DNA from: Neoconidiobolus thromboides FSU 785
Lineage: Eukaryota; Fungi; Entomophthoromycota
Assembly (NCBI GenBank): GCA_025603075.1
Contig: MU626260.1
Coordinates: 1 to 64,000, forward strand
Length of the DNA stretch: 64,000 nucleotides
Direction of reading: 5' to 3'
Below are positions 1 through 11,566 of the stretch, in pieces. A program made the position numbers and the translations under genes. The notes under the pieces are model-generated. The model saw only the letters and a program-made list of their open reading frames with translations, did no database searches and was not told where the DNA came from. Positions within the stretch are counted from its first letter, which is position 1. Each line of letters begins with the position of its first letter.

Positions 1-124
1 CAAGTAGTGAATTCATTCCATTTCATTGGCAATAATTTACCAAAACTTAATACACTTTTAGGTTATAAATGTATAAAAATTAAATTTTCGGCGTTATTTT
101 ATTACCTTTTTACAAAAATTATAC

Positions 125-1141
125 ATGCTCAAAAAAAGAAGCAAGCCTATAACTAATGAAGAAAGAGAAAGGATCATTGATGCGTATGTCAACGGATCTA
201 ATGCGACAAGCATTGCTAGAATTTTAGCTCTCAATGCAAGGACAGTTCAGTCTATTGTAAAGAAATATATAGATGGCGAGGATTATAGAAGAAAACCAAA
301 AGTTGGACCAAGAGAAGCTACTAAAGTAATTTTACCAGAAGTTCAGAGAAAGTTTATACAATCTTGTATTGATGAAGATCTTGATATGCCAATAAAAGAA
401 ATAAGCAAAAGACTACAAAATGAAATGGGAGTGTCAGTAAGTGAAAGAGTTATAAATATGAATGTGAGTGAGTTTAATTACTCTCTTAGACGTGTTGATC
501 CGCCACCTCAGAGCAATGATATAACTTTTTTGGAGCTTCGAGCTTTTTATGCTGATACTTTTTTTAATGATATAGTAAAATTTATTGATTCCAAAGTCAT
601 ATTTATTAATGAAGCAACGTTTAATGTTTTAATACGTATAAATAAAAACTTAACTGAAAAGGGAAAAAGGGATAGAGCGATTTCCAGGGCCCGTACTATA
701 AATGCATCCATGTGTTGTGCTATGAGTAAGCATGGAATAATAGAACATAAGAGTCAATTAAGACGCTTTTTTACTGATACATTTAACCAATTCATCAAGT
801 CAGTTATTGAGAAACTGACAAAAATAAATATATCTGAAGCTATAATAATTATGGATAATGCATATATTGAAAAAGATCCAAGCATCAAAAAACTAATTAT
901 ATCAAAAGGCCATAGATTGATTTGTTTACCACCCAACTCTTCGTTTTTAAATCCTGTTGAGCATATGTATACCAAATGGATAGAGCTAATTAAAGCAAAA
1001 GAAGCACAAACTGAAAAGGAATTTTTTGGAATTATCGACAATATTTTATCAGAGATAACTCCTGCTGATTGTATCCATTTTTTTGAACAGATGCTTAGCT
1101 ATTTATCAAGGTGTCTAAACCGTGAAGAAATACTTGAATAA
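125..1141 (+). CDS. IS630/Tc1-mariner-like transposase-derived protein (HTH + DDE_3-like domain) with first catalytic Asp replaced by Asn
   Basis: Intact intronless 338-aa ORF. N-terminal HTH-like segment (NEERERIIDAY...IARILALNARTVQSIVKKY). DDE-like motifs IFINE (N162), IMDN (D244) and LPPNSSFLNPVE (E279), with 34 residues between D and E. No TIRs recognised. Confidence 0.85.
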   Translation: MLKKRSKPITNEERERIIDAYVNGSNATSIARILALNARTVQSIVKKYIDGEDYRRKPKVGPREATKVILPEVQRKFIQSCIDEDLDMPIKEISKRLQNEMGVSVSERVINMNVSEFNYSLRRVDPPPQSNDITFLELRAFYADTFFNDIVKFIDSKVIFINEATFNVLIRINKNLTEKGKRDRAISRARTINASMCCAMSKHGIIEHKSQLRRFFTDTFNQFIKSVIEKLTKINISEAIIIMDNAYIEKDPSIKKLIISKGHRLICLPPNSSFLNPVEHMYTKWIELIKAKEAQTEKEFFGIIDNILSEITPADCIHFFEQMLSYLSRCLNREEILE

Positions 1142-1595
1142 GTAATTAATCTTTTTGCTAAATTCAAGAATAAACACTTTATGAACTCTTGTTATATCGT
1201 CGTCAATTTTTATAGGGTTCTAGTTTATAAATAATACTAACAATGTACTATCTGCTTTACTTTTAAATTTCATACTCCTTTAATATTAGCTGTTCATAAA
1301 GTATTTATTTTATTCAATTGTTTACACAAATCGTTAAAAGCGTAGTTAATCTAATTAATATAATACAATAATAGCGTATAAACTAAAAGATCATATTCTT
1401 TTTAAATCACAACTATTAAAATCATGATTAGATTGAGTTTATACTTCAATTATCATCTAAAACGATACAAACTTTAATTCAATTATAAAACAAGACAAAC
1501 CATAACTTGTCCAAACCCTACCCAAATTTTAGAAAAAACAATTTAACAAAGCATACGAATTCCTATTTATTTAACTATAAGGTTGCTCTATATTG

Positions 1596-4182
1596 CTAAA
1601 CTTGATCTGGACAATCAAAAGGAAAGCAAACGAGAGTATTAACTTCTTGTTTAGAAATAGCATTTGATTTCATCTCGGATGTTAGCTCCAATTCCAATTC
1701 ATTGAATAAATTTGGAAACTCATTTGAAAACATTTTTGAGATAGCATTTCTTTTAATATTCTGTTGCACTGTTTTATAATCTGGATAGTGTTCTAAAATT
1801 AAATACATTAAGAGAATCCATTTAAAAAATAGTATTAATATAAATTTTCTTACCCATCAGCTCATTCATCACTTTTTCAAATTTAGCTAATGAATCTTTC
1901 TTCTTTATTCTCTTTTCTTTTCTTTCTAATCGAACTAATATACCATCACCGTATTTTTGTTCTTCTTCTTCTTCTCTTCTCCGTGCTGCTTGTGCTTTTA
2001 ATAGTTTCGCTTGTTCAGGATTAACTACCATAACAATATTCCCTTGATTTTCAGAAACAATGTTTTCTTTTAATGTAGTACTAAGATCCTCTTTAATATG
2101 CTCCACTTGCTGTTCTAATGTTTCAATTGATTTAGATACTGGTGCCTGTGGATTAGTTTTACCTACTTCAGATGACACGATTTTATCTAAAGCCTTAGGT
2201 TCTAATGTCACTTTTTGTGAGAGTGATTGTGGTTGTGAGAGTGATTGTGGTTGTGGTTGTGACTGTGAAGGTTGTTGAACAGCAACATTTACTATATCAA
2301 CCATTGGCTTTTCATTTTCCAATGGTATGGTTGGTTTTTTTGGTGGTGGTGGTGGTTTTAGTGTTAACTTGGACTCTGATATATGCGTTACAAATTCACC
2401 AAGCCCTTTAGAACTATTTTCTTTCGATTTTTCATCCAGCTTATTAACTTCTTTACTCTTTGCACTTATTTGAGCATTCTCTTGAACAGGCTGAGGCTCC
2501 TTTTTCGTTACTGCATTAGTCACCTGTTCCACACTAATTTGGTTACCAGTATTTGTAGTAGTAATATTTTGATTTTTATTAGCTTCTTGAGCTTTCCAAT
2601 TAGCCACACCTTTAAGATACTTAGCTACTTCTTTGATGATAAAATTAGCAACATTAGTAATTTTTTGAATTTGAAATTCTTCCATGATAATATTTGGTGC
2701 CATTTTAATTTGTTGATTAAGGATTTCTCTAACAGTTAATACAAAACCGCAAATTTTAAATCCACAGCGAAGATAGATAATAGGAAGATATTGTTTTACA
2801 GTACTTAAAAAGCGTGGTGCCATACTTATTAATTCTGTTGCCCTTTGTCGCTGAGAATCAGTCACATTTTCAAGTATTGGATTGTTACTAGGTTGTACTA
2901 TATTTTTTAATTTTTGTATTTCGCCCAATGTCTTTTCAATCTCTTCACTTGTAAATGGTTTGATCACTTCTAATTCATCACTATTAGGGATATTTGGTGC
3001 ATCATTTGCTTCTGAAGCTCGAGGTTGAGAGGCTACTGCAGCATTTGAAGTACTTTGAGCCTGACTGGAAATGATAGTAGTATTTTGTATAGGAGGAGGA
3101 GCAGCTTGTGTCTGAGGTTGAGAGGTTAGTGCAATAGATGAAGGATTAACTGTAGCAGTGTTAGGTTGAACTACTTTATTTACAATAGTAGCAGTTGATT
3201 GACCAGTAATTGGATTTGTTGGCATTGGTGAAGCAGAATTTAATGGATTAGGTTGGAGTTGAGTAGGTCTATTAGCAACTTGAGAAATAGCTGGATTTGA
3301 CTGAGTCACAGCTTGATTAATAAGATTTTGTGGCAAATTCATTTGGCTATTTATAGGCAAATTGTTCAGTTGATTCATACCTTGGTTATTCAACAACGTT
3401 TGTCTCTGATACATTGATAATAAAGCTGGATTAGCTTTAAGCATAGCCAGTTGACTTGGAGTAATCCCATTTGGTAACTGAAATTGACCTGGTTGGCCCT
3501 GTACTTGAGGATTAAGTTGATTAAAATTATTTCGATAATTTAAATTAGCCATAGCTCCCATTAAATTTGGGTTTAAACCTCTATTTTGTAATATATTTTG
3601 ATTAATCCCTGCTGCTGCCATTGAATTCACATTATTCCCATTATTTCCTGCTTGTTGTTGTTGAAGATTTAAATTATATTGATTTTGTAAGCTTTGTCGA
3701 AGCATTTCGGTATTTTGCAATTGTTGCTGCTGCTGTTGATGATGCTGAAGCATTTGAATTCTTTGAGCTAAATTTTGTTGTTGATTCATATTTTGGGTAA
3801 TATTTTGAGCTTGCAATTGTTTCACTTTGTCATCAATCTCTTTAATTTTTCGGGAACATGTTACAAGATATTGTTGTTTGGTTACCGACCTTGAATAAAT
3901 ATTGATTTCCAAATTACGTGCTATATTTAATGCTTCACTATCTGAACTTGCACTGTTTAGTAATTTAAATAATTGTGCTAACTTAAGTACTATCTCATTT
4001 CTATCTTGAGCAGTGATACTCGCTTTAAAATCTTGTGCATTTTGTAATTGTGGATGATGACCGTTTTGAAGTAACTGATTTTGTAAATTAAGTTGATTCA
4101 AGTTTTGAGCTTGCTGTAAGTTATTCGGTTGGGCTGGGTTAGCATTATTTATATTGATGTTTTGATTATTTTGATTGTTCAT
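1596..4182 (-). CDS. MED15: Mediator subunit Med15/Gal11-like protein (N-terminal KIX-like domain, Q/N-rich)
   Basis: KIX_2-like helices (ITAQDRNEIVLKL...ARNLEINIYSRSVTKQQY...KI) followed by long Q/N/P low-complexity sequence. A GT-AG intron at 1793-1853 joins ORF 1822-4182 to the frame of ORF 1596-1808 (...ELM-EHYPDY...). Confidence 0.6.
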
Positions 4183-4813
4183 GTCAATAAAAGGATTGAA
4201 AGTGAAATTAAAACTGAATAGACTTAACTTTGATATTAACTACTTACTATAATAATATCAGATTAAATAAACTTGGCTCTATAATAGCTACAATCTTGGA
4301 TGGATTTATAAAACAGTTGAAATATTGGTTTTTTAAAGGTAAATTTTGGAAGTTAAAAAACAAAATTGAATTTGTTTCAAATTTAAGCTTTTGCTCAAAA
4401 TCAAAGTCCTTCTTTTTATAGCCAATAATTTCAACTTTGTAAATTTTTTTTGAGCAATAAAAATTTTAGTGAAATAGCAAAATAATTTAAATTTGCCCAA
4501 ACAATTAAAAAAAAATAAAAAGTAGTACTTGATATATGGCAATATTATAACCCATCCGATATGTAACCTTTACAACGTTATACCTGTTCATTATATTTGA
4601 GCCAATCAAACAAGGGTATTCATTCTTACAAATAACATAGAAAATAAGTAGAAACTAAGGACTACACACATTAAAATGGGGTTATTGAAAATCTGTCCAA
4701 TATCTAAAGTTAATAAAAAACTTTGATGACATAAAAATTATACTAATAATTCCAATTCCAAAATCCCAAAAAATTCAAAACCTAACTTTTATCATCTCTT
4801 TCTTTTTATCTCC

Positions 4814-7800
4814 ATGCAAACTCCATCCTCGGATAATAAATTAGATGAAAATACCAGCTATACTGAAATTACAAAACGAATCCATTATTTATTATCTTTT
4901 GATGATTTTCGACAAATAATTAAAAAGATCAAAGCACTTGAAACTTCAGTTCTTAAATCGGATTTGAGTTATTTGTTTATTGATTATGTTGAAAGGTTTC
5001 ACGCGGAAATAGAACAGTTGGATTATACAGATACTGAGGTGAATAAAATGGAGAAAAAGTTGATAAAATGGTTGAAATTAATTCAAGGATATTATTGGAT
5101 AGTTTGTGAACGATTTTTAGTAAAGGAAGCTAAAGAGACAAAAGAATATTTGTTTAAAGAGGAAGATGTAAATAGGATATTAGATACGTTTTTTATTTCG
5201 TTAATTTATTTTGTGGATAAGGAAGTTATTAGAATTACATTAAATATATTGGAAAAAATTCATTTATCCAAAGCAATTACTAACCATTATGCTTTATTTG
5301 ATCGAGTGTTGTTTTCTATTTATTATAAAAAGTATGAAATGATGGAAACTTTAATAACAAAAAATTATGATATAAAAGTAAAATTTATTTTCGAAAGAGT
5401 TTTAGAGCTACTAAATGATGCTTCAACACAAGTTAAAAACCAAAACTTTTTAATCTATTTTTTTAAGTTACAAAGGAAAGGTATGGTTAATTATTGTTGT
5501 TATGAAAAACAAGCAATCAAAAGTTTATTCGAATTTTTGAATAATAAGATTAACGAGCTATCCTATACATCAGAGTTTGATAAAGAGCCCATTATGTTTA
5601 GTATCATTAGAAAGCCATTTGATGATTCATTAGGTAAAGATGATGAAGATATTAAGAAAAAGATAACTTATAAAGAGGAGAAAATGAACCAAAACACCAA
5701 TAAAGAAGAAGAAAGTAAACTGGATCAAAAGAATGAAAAGTTAGTTAATGAAATGATGAATTTAGTTAATAATTGTATTGAATTGAGTTTCCAATTTCGA
5801 ACGGAAACTGAAATTTATGATGAAATTGTTAAGTTATTTCTGAAAGTAAGTTATCACCAAGTTAATATTTATAATTTTAAAAAAATGAAAATGAATGATA
5901 GATTCATTAAGTTTATTGTTTTACCAATGTTAAAAGCATTGAAGCTAGTATTTATTATGGAAAGAAGTGAAGCAGGGGAAATTGTAACTTGTAAGAAAAT
6001 CCATTTTAAACAGCTAACATTCTGTTTATTAAATTTATCAACACATTTATTAAATCATAATATTAATAAACAGAATTATGATAATTTACAACAAGTTATG
6101 TTAAAAGAAGAAACAGTAGAAGATTACTATTTTGATTTAGTACTAGAATTTTATAAATTATTAAAAAACGTACATTTAAAATCAATGGAATTACAACACC
6201 AATTTCTAATCTTTGATGAATCAATAATTTATTTAAAAATATTATTGAATTGCAATGATCTTCCATTTAATGAACTTGAAAGAATTAATAGAGATTATTA
6301 TTCAATTTATTTACAATTTTATCAAGTAATAAATTGTTCAAACAAATCTCAGATGATATCAAAAGAAATCAAATTTAATTCAAAAACAAATGAGTTATTT
6401 CAGACTATTATTTTAATAATTAATAAATTAACAGAAAGTAGTGGAGAATTGAATGTATTGAAATACAGACCTTTTGGTTATAATGAAAAAGAAGGGAATT
6501 TTTTAGTAAACTATAATTTATTACCTATGTTTTCGATAGTTGTTATAAGATTATTTGAAAACAATTCTAGCAGTTTGAATTTCAATTATTTAGTTGGGAT
6601 GTTGAATTTGATTTATAAATTAATGACCGAAAAAACAATTGAAGAGTTTAATTATTGTTATCCGAATGAATTGAAATTAATTTGTTCAAAATGTTACAAT
6701 ATTTTGTATTTACATTGTACAAAACAAGATGACACTCAATTTAAACAACAATCAAATTATAGTAAACTAATGATATTAACATATTCATCCAACATATTGC
6801 AAATCATAATTCAAAAATATCAATTTAATGAATTTATTAAAGAACTATATTTACCACAACTGTTTGAAAAGTACAAATTAATAGATACTTGTCCAAACGA
6901 ATTAGATTTTAATTCAATTAATCCAGTTTTCAATTTATTTAGTTGTATGTTTCAATCTTTTGTATTTCGAAATAACTTGTTAAAAGAAAGAATAACAATA
7001 AAATTCATCTATTTATTAGCACATACATTTATGTTATGGACTCAACGCCCAACCATTATTGACAAATCAATTAATACAAATGAAAATGAAAAAAGAGTTA
7101 ATTACTATGATTCAATAATAGATGAGTATCAATTATATGGAAAAAGGATATTAGATAGAATAATAAATTTATTAGATTGTTTTATAAAAGATAAAGAATG
7201 GAAACAATTATTTGTTTGTTGTTATATCGACGAAAATATTGATGAAAAAGAAGTTTATTTTATTAATGAATTAACTAAACCTGGATTTTATAAATTAATT
7301 CAAATACCAAAAAGTTATATGCTATATAAGGATAAAAATGGTATTTATCAAAATAATAATACAAATAATGATTATATTATATCAATTATAAATCCAATTT
7401 ATCAAATAACATTATGTTATAAATACGATATAAAACTAAGTATACTAACATGTAATTACTTATTGAATTTGTTAACAATACCATCTGCTATTAAATATAT
7501 AATAAATTATACTAATTATATAGCTAATTTGTCTTATGAATTAATTAATATTTATATAAGTAATAATGAATTATATAATGTTATAAATAAAATTATTATT
7601 AAATTACTAACAGATGAGAATCAATTAGTTAATATATTAAAAAATAATTTGATAAATAAATGGTATTTTAATATAATAAAACATATTGATATTATAAATA
7701 TTGAGAAAGTAAAAGAAATAGTTGTTATAATAACACCAATAATTAATGAACTTATTAATATTATTATTAAATTAATTGAACTTTATTCAACAACAGAAAA

Positions 7801-9016
7801 TCAAAGGTCAAAGGTTAAATTAAATCAATTAATTACTATTTATTTAAGTTATTGTTGTAAAGATTCTAACTTTCAATCTTTTTTTATTACAGGAGATTTA
7901 AAATTTATTGAAGGAAATTCAAGTTGTAATTTAAAATACCAAATTGTGTCTAAGACTCCATATGATACTTTATTAGATTTAATATTTAATTTTAAGGAAG
8001 AAGATGAAGTGGAGGATTTTGAATTAGAGTCCAAAAGATGGAAAATGGAATCAGGTGTATATGCTATTAACTATCATGCTTTTCTAAACAGTGAAAAGAT
8101 ATATAAAGAATTACAATCAATATTAAAACAAGTCAAGAATGAATTAGATCTTAGTATCTATCATATGTCTGTAGAATATGAAAAAATAGTTCACAGTAAA
8201 AGTAAACAACAAGTTAAATTTCAATGTAAAAATAGTCAAAAGGATAGTGAGGAAGAAATTTTAGAATTTCAAATGCCCTTAGAAATAATTGAATTTCTAT
8301 CACCAATATTAGCAGTCAGTTTACAATTTGGTGGTATTGAAAGTGCAACTAAAATTATTAAATTACCAATTGAATATTTTAATACATTAAATTATTTAAA
8401 TGATAAAATATTTAATATTATAAATCATCAATTTATTACCTTAAAAAGTAATCAAATCAATATGAATTTTTTATCAAATGAACCTGAAGATTTACAATTA
8501 TCATTATGTGTTCAATTTTTTGAATTAGCGGATATTTATGAGATAAGATTTTTATTGCTTTATTCTATTAACATACTTTTAAATCAATTATTAAATGCTA
8601 TAAATTCAATTAATCCAAGCCAATCTCTCTATCAAATTTATAAACTATATCAAGAGAAAAATGAGTTTCCATTATTACAAGGATTAACAGAGAAACTGAA
8701 TTTAAAATTGGAACTAAATATTGATCAATTCTTGGTTCATTTTATTACTCTTTTTTTAATAGAGTTTATGAATGAAAAAGAAACAGAGGAAGAAAGAATA
8801 AATGATAATGATGATGATAATGATAATAATGATAATAATGATAATGATGATAATGAGATATACAATAATGAAATTAATGAAAATACTAATGAAATAAATG
8901 AAATATTAGAACCAAAGGAAAAGAGTAAAGAAATAAAAAATCAATTATTAATATATGAATTTAATCCAATTTTATTTAAAAATTATTGGAAACAATTATA
9001 TTTTAATGATAATTAA
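4814..9016 (+). CDS. Large intronless hypothetical protein, predicted helical-repeat body with possible C-terminal BTB/POZ-like domain
   Basis: 1400-aa ORF rich in Leu/Ile/Asn. The C-terminal segment VKFQC...LSPILAVSLQFGGIES..KIIKLP...FFELADIYEIRFL resembles a BTB pattern. Acidic D/N tail. The ORF is certain, the domain call is tentative. Confidence 0.5.
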   Translation: MQTPSSDNKLDENTSYTEITKRIHYLLSFDDFRQIIKKIKALETSVLKSDLSYLFIDYVERFHAEIEQLDYTDTEVNKMEKKLIKWLKLIQGYYWIVCERFLVKEAKETKEYLFKEEDVNRILDTFFISLIYFVDKEVIRITLNILEKIHLSKAITNHYALFDRVLFSIYYKKYEMMETLITKNYDIKVKFIFERVLELLNDASTQVKNQNFLIYFFKLQRKGMVNYCCYEKQAIKSLFEFLNNKINELSYTSEFDKEPIMFSIIRKPFDDSLGKDDEDIKKKITYKEEKMNQNTNKEEESKLDQKNEKLVNEMMNLVNNCIELSFQFRTETEIYDEIVKLFLKVSYHQVNIYNFKKMKMNDRFIKFIVLPMLKALKLVFIMERSEAGEIVTCKKIHFKQLTFCLLNLSTHLLNHNINKQNYDNLQQVMLKEETVEDYYFDLVLEFYKLLKNVHLKSMELQHQFLIFDESIIYLKILLNCNDLPFNELERINRDYYSIYLQFYQVINCSNKSQMISKEIKFNSKTNELFQTIILIINKLTESSGELNVLKYRPFGYNEKEGNFLVNYNLLPMFSIVVIRLFENNSSSLNFNYLVGMLNLIYKLMTEKTIEEFNYCYPNELKLICSKCYNILYLHCTKQDDTQFKQQSNYSKLMILTYSSNILQIIIQKYQFNEFIKELYLPQLFEKYKLIDTCPNELDFNSINPVFNLFSCMFQSFVFRNNLLKERITIKFIYLLAHTFMLWTQRPTIIDKSINTNENEKRVNYYDSIIDEYQLYGKRILDRIINLLDCFIKDKEWKQLFVCCYIDENIDEKEVYFINELTKPGFYKLIQIPKSYMLYKDKNGIYQNNNTNNDYIISIINPIYQITLCYKYDIKLSILTCNYLLNLLTIPSAIKYIINYTNYIANLSYELINIYISNNELYNVINKIIIKLLTDENQLVNILKNNLINKWYFNIIKHIDIINIEKVKEIVVIITPIINELINIIIKLIELYSTTENQRSKVKLNQLITIYLSYCCKDSNFQSFFITGDLKFIEGNSSCNLKYQIVSKTPYDTLLDLIFNFKEEDEVEDFELESKRWKMESGVYAINYHAFLNSEKIYKELQSILKQVKNELDLSIYHMSVEYEKIVHSKSKQQVKFQCKNSQKDSEEEILEFQMPLEIIEFLSPILAVSLQFGGIESATKIIKLPIEYFNTLNYLNDKIFNIINHQFITLKSNQINMNFLSNEPEDLQLSLCVQFFELADIYEIRFLLLYSINILLNQLLNAINSINPSQSLYQIYKLYQEKNEFPLLQGLTEKLNLKLELNIDQFLVHFITLFLIEFMNEKETEEERINDNDDDNDNNDNNDNDDNEIYNNEINENTNEINEILEPKEKSKEIKNQLLIYEFNPILFKNYWKQLYFNDN

Positions 9017-9995
9017 AATAATAAAGAATATATTTATCTTTCTAAAAATAAGAGTTATATATCGGTTAAGGTTAATTGAATGTAAAGTAGAAGTTGGAAA
9101 TGAGTAAGATAAAGATTAAGCTATGTCTTTTACATATTTCGTGGGCTGATAGAGTTCAATTGAAAGGAGTTTAATAATAAATTTTGGGCTGATTTTATTA
9201 AATTATAATCGGAAAAGATTGATTTTTGTAGCAGTTTTGCTTGAATTTTAATAGCTTAGAATAATTCCAATATTTCGCAAAATTAGTATAAAAAGACTAT
9301 ATAAATGTATGTTAATCATATAAAGTTAGCAAAAGTAGTTGTATGTTGTTTCATTATTGTTTATTCTATTTTATTATGTCATATCATTTATTTTTCTTTA
9401 GCTTGAAGTTATCAAAGTAAATACTTATTTTGAATATTATCTTTTAAATTATTTAATTAATCTTTAAATTTATCAAACTAACTTTTCGATATTTTTTAAA
9501 TTAGATAAGCAGTGATAACACATTAAGCAACATCAACTAAAACAAATTTAATTTCAAAACAAATTCCCAGCCATAATTAAAATTACCAATAGTATTAAAA
9601 TAAAATTCAATAAAATAGTATCCTAAATTAAATGTTGTAATTGTATACATATGTTAACCCAATACCAATAACACTTCACTATAATATAAAGTCTTTATCT
9701 ACTTTACAAATATTAAAACTGTAGTCTAACCCTCAGAAAACATATAAATAGAGTATCCCTAATAAATTGGAATTTTCTAAATAAAGTAAGAGTAATATTT
9801 TTCTCTACCAATCAAAATCATATCTGAAGAATCAGTGTCTAAAACAATATTCTTCGAAATTATGAATTAGAGGCTTATTATTAAAATTATCAGACTAAAA
9901 TATTTAAACAATTTTAAAGTCCAAATTGTTCTTTATTTTTTTGTTTAACATTGATTAATTTTAAAGCAATATACTAGCTCAATAAGAGATAAACA

Positions 9996-11387
9996 ATGGT
10001 TGAAGATCCAGCAAATAATGAGCAATTCGGTAGTTTTTATTATCCTAACATACCATTAAATAAAGAAGATAAGGATTCTAAGTAAGTATTAATTAAATGT
10101 TTTATTCACTTAAGTAATGCAAATATTGATTATATTTTATATTTAGTTATGATAAATATGGGTTTGAGAAAAGTAAAGATAAAAGTGAAGTGGAAATTAT
10201 TGATCAATTTAACATTGAATATCAAAAAAAACTAATATTTCGTGAAAAACAATGGAATAGTATGTTATTGCAAAATGCTAATTTACCTTTAGATAGAAAC
10301 AGTAAAGGTAAAGTAGAGAAATTTAAGAAGAGACAGTGCCATTAAAAGATACTAACACTTTTTTTAAATTTAGTTAAAAGATATATTCGAAAAGGTATAC
10401 CAACGGAATGGAGAGCTAAGGTAAAGTTTAAAGGTTTATTATGTAAAAGGAACAAATACTGAATTTTTGTTCTATTATTATTAGATGTGGTTTTACTATT
10501 CTGGTGCAGAAGAAAAATGGTTAAAAAATCAAGGATTGTATAAACATTTATTAAGTAAAGTAATTAATCAACCTGATTTTTTATCTTTTTCTAGAGAAAT
10601 TGATCAAGGTAAGTGTTTATTAAATAATAATAAGTAAATAAATAATAATAATAATAACAATTATAATAATGTGATTTATTTAATTTTAGATTTACATCGT
10701 ACCTTTCCTAATAATAAACATTTTAAAACAAAACCTAATGGTAATTATACCATTGGTTTTGATCCCAAGAGTAATGCGTTATTATCGGCTTTAAGAAGAG
10801 TATTATTGTGTTACACATATTATAAAAAAGAGAATGGATATCAACAAAGCTTTAGTTATATAGTTGGGCAATTATTATTATTTATGGATGAAGAAAAAAG
10901 TTTTTTTACATTAATAACAATTACAGATAATATAATGAATCCCCAGGTATACATTAAAGGAGGAAAAGGAAGTACAATAATGGTACGAACATTTTTGGCA
11001 TTGATGAGGAGTAAATTCAATAAATTATGGAATTTTATATTAGAAAAAGAAAAGAATGGTATGCCATCATTAGCTTTAGCTATCTCTCATTGGTTTCCAT
11101 TATTATATTGTGATTTATTACCAATTGAAAGTAATTTAAGAGTTTGGGATTGTTTATTTTATGAAGGAGAGAAAATATTATATCGAATTGGATTAGCATT
11201 ATTTAAAATTTATCAATTAGAGCTAATGAATTCTAATTTAGATCCCTTACAATTATTTCAACAAATTCAAAATTTACCTAAAAAATTATATAATGCTCAT
11301 ATATTAATGGAAATTGCTTTTTCTAATGAATGTTCTTTTTCTTCAAATGAATTAATTAAGTTTCAAAAACTATTGGATTTTATTTGA
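9996..11387 (+). CDS. TBC-domain Rab GTPase-activating protein (Msb3/Msb4-like), 5 exons
   Basis: Manually spliced from ATG 9996. Motifs YDKYGF, RKGIPTEWRAKMW, arginine finger IDQDLHRTFP, glutamine finger GYQQ and LRVWDCLFYEG. The last exon matches ORF 10671-11387. Confidence 0.85.
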
Positions 11388-11566
11388 TAAATCAAAATCT
11401 TAATCTCTTCTCTCTATTTCACTTTCCTTATTATTCAAGTTGAACTTGTACTTTTATCTTTCTTTTCGAGTTTTCAGTTTAATAAAGTTCTATATCACTA
11501 ATATTAAAAACAATCATCTAATTTTACAATCGACTCTTAATTTCATTATAAATCCTTAACAATTCA

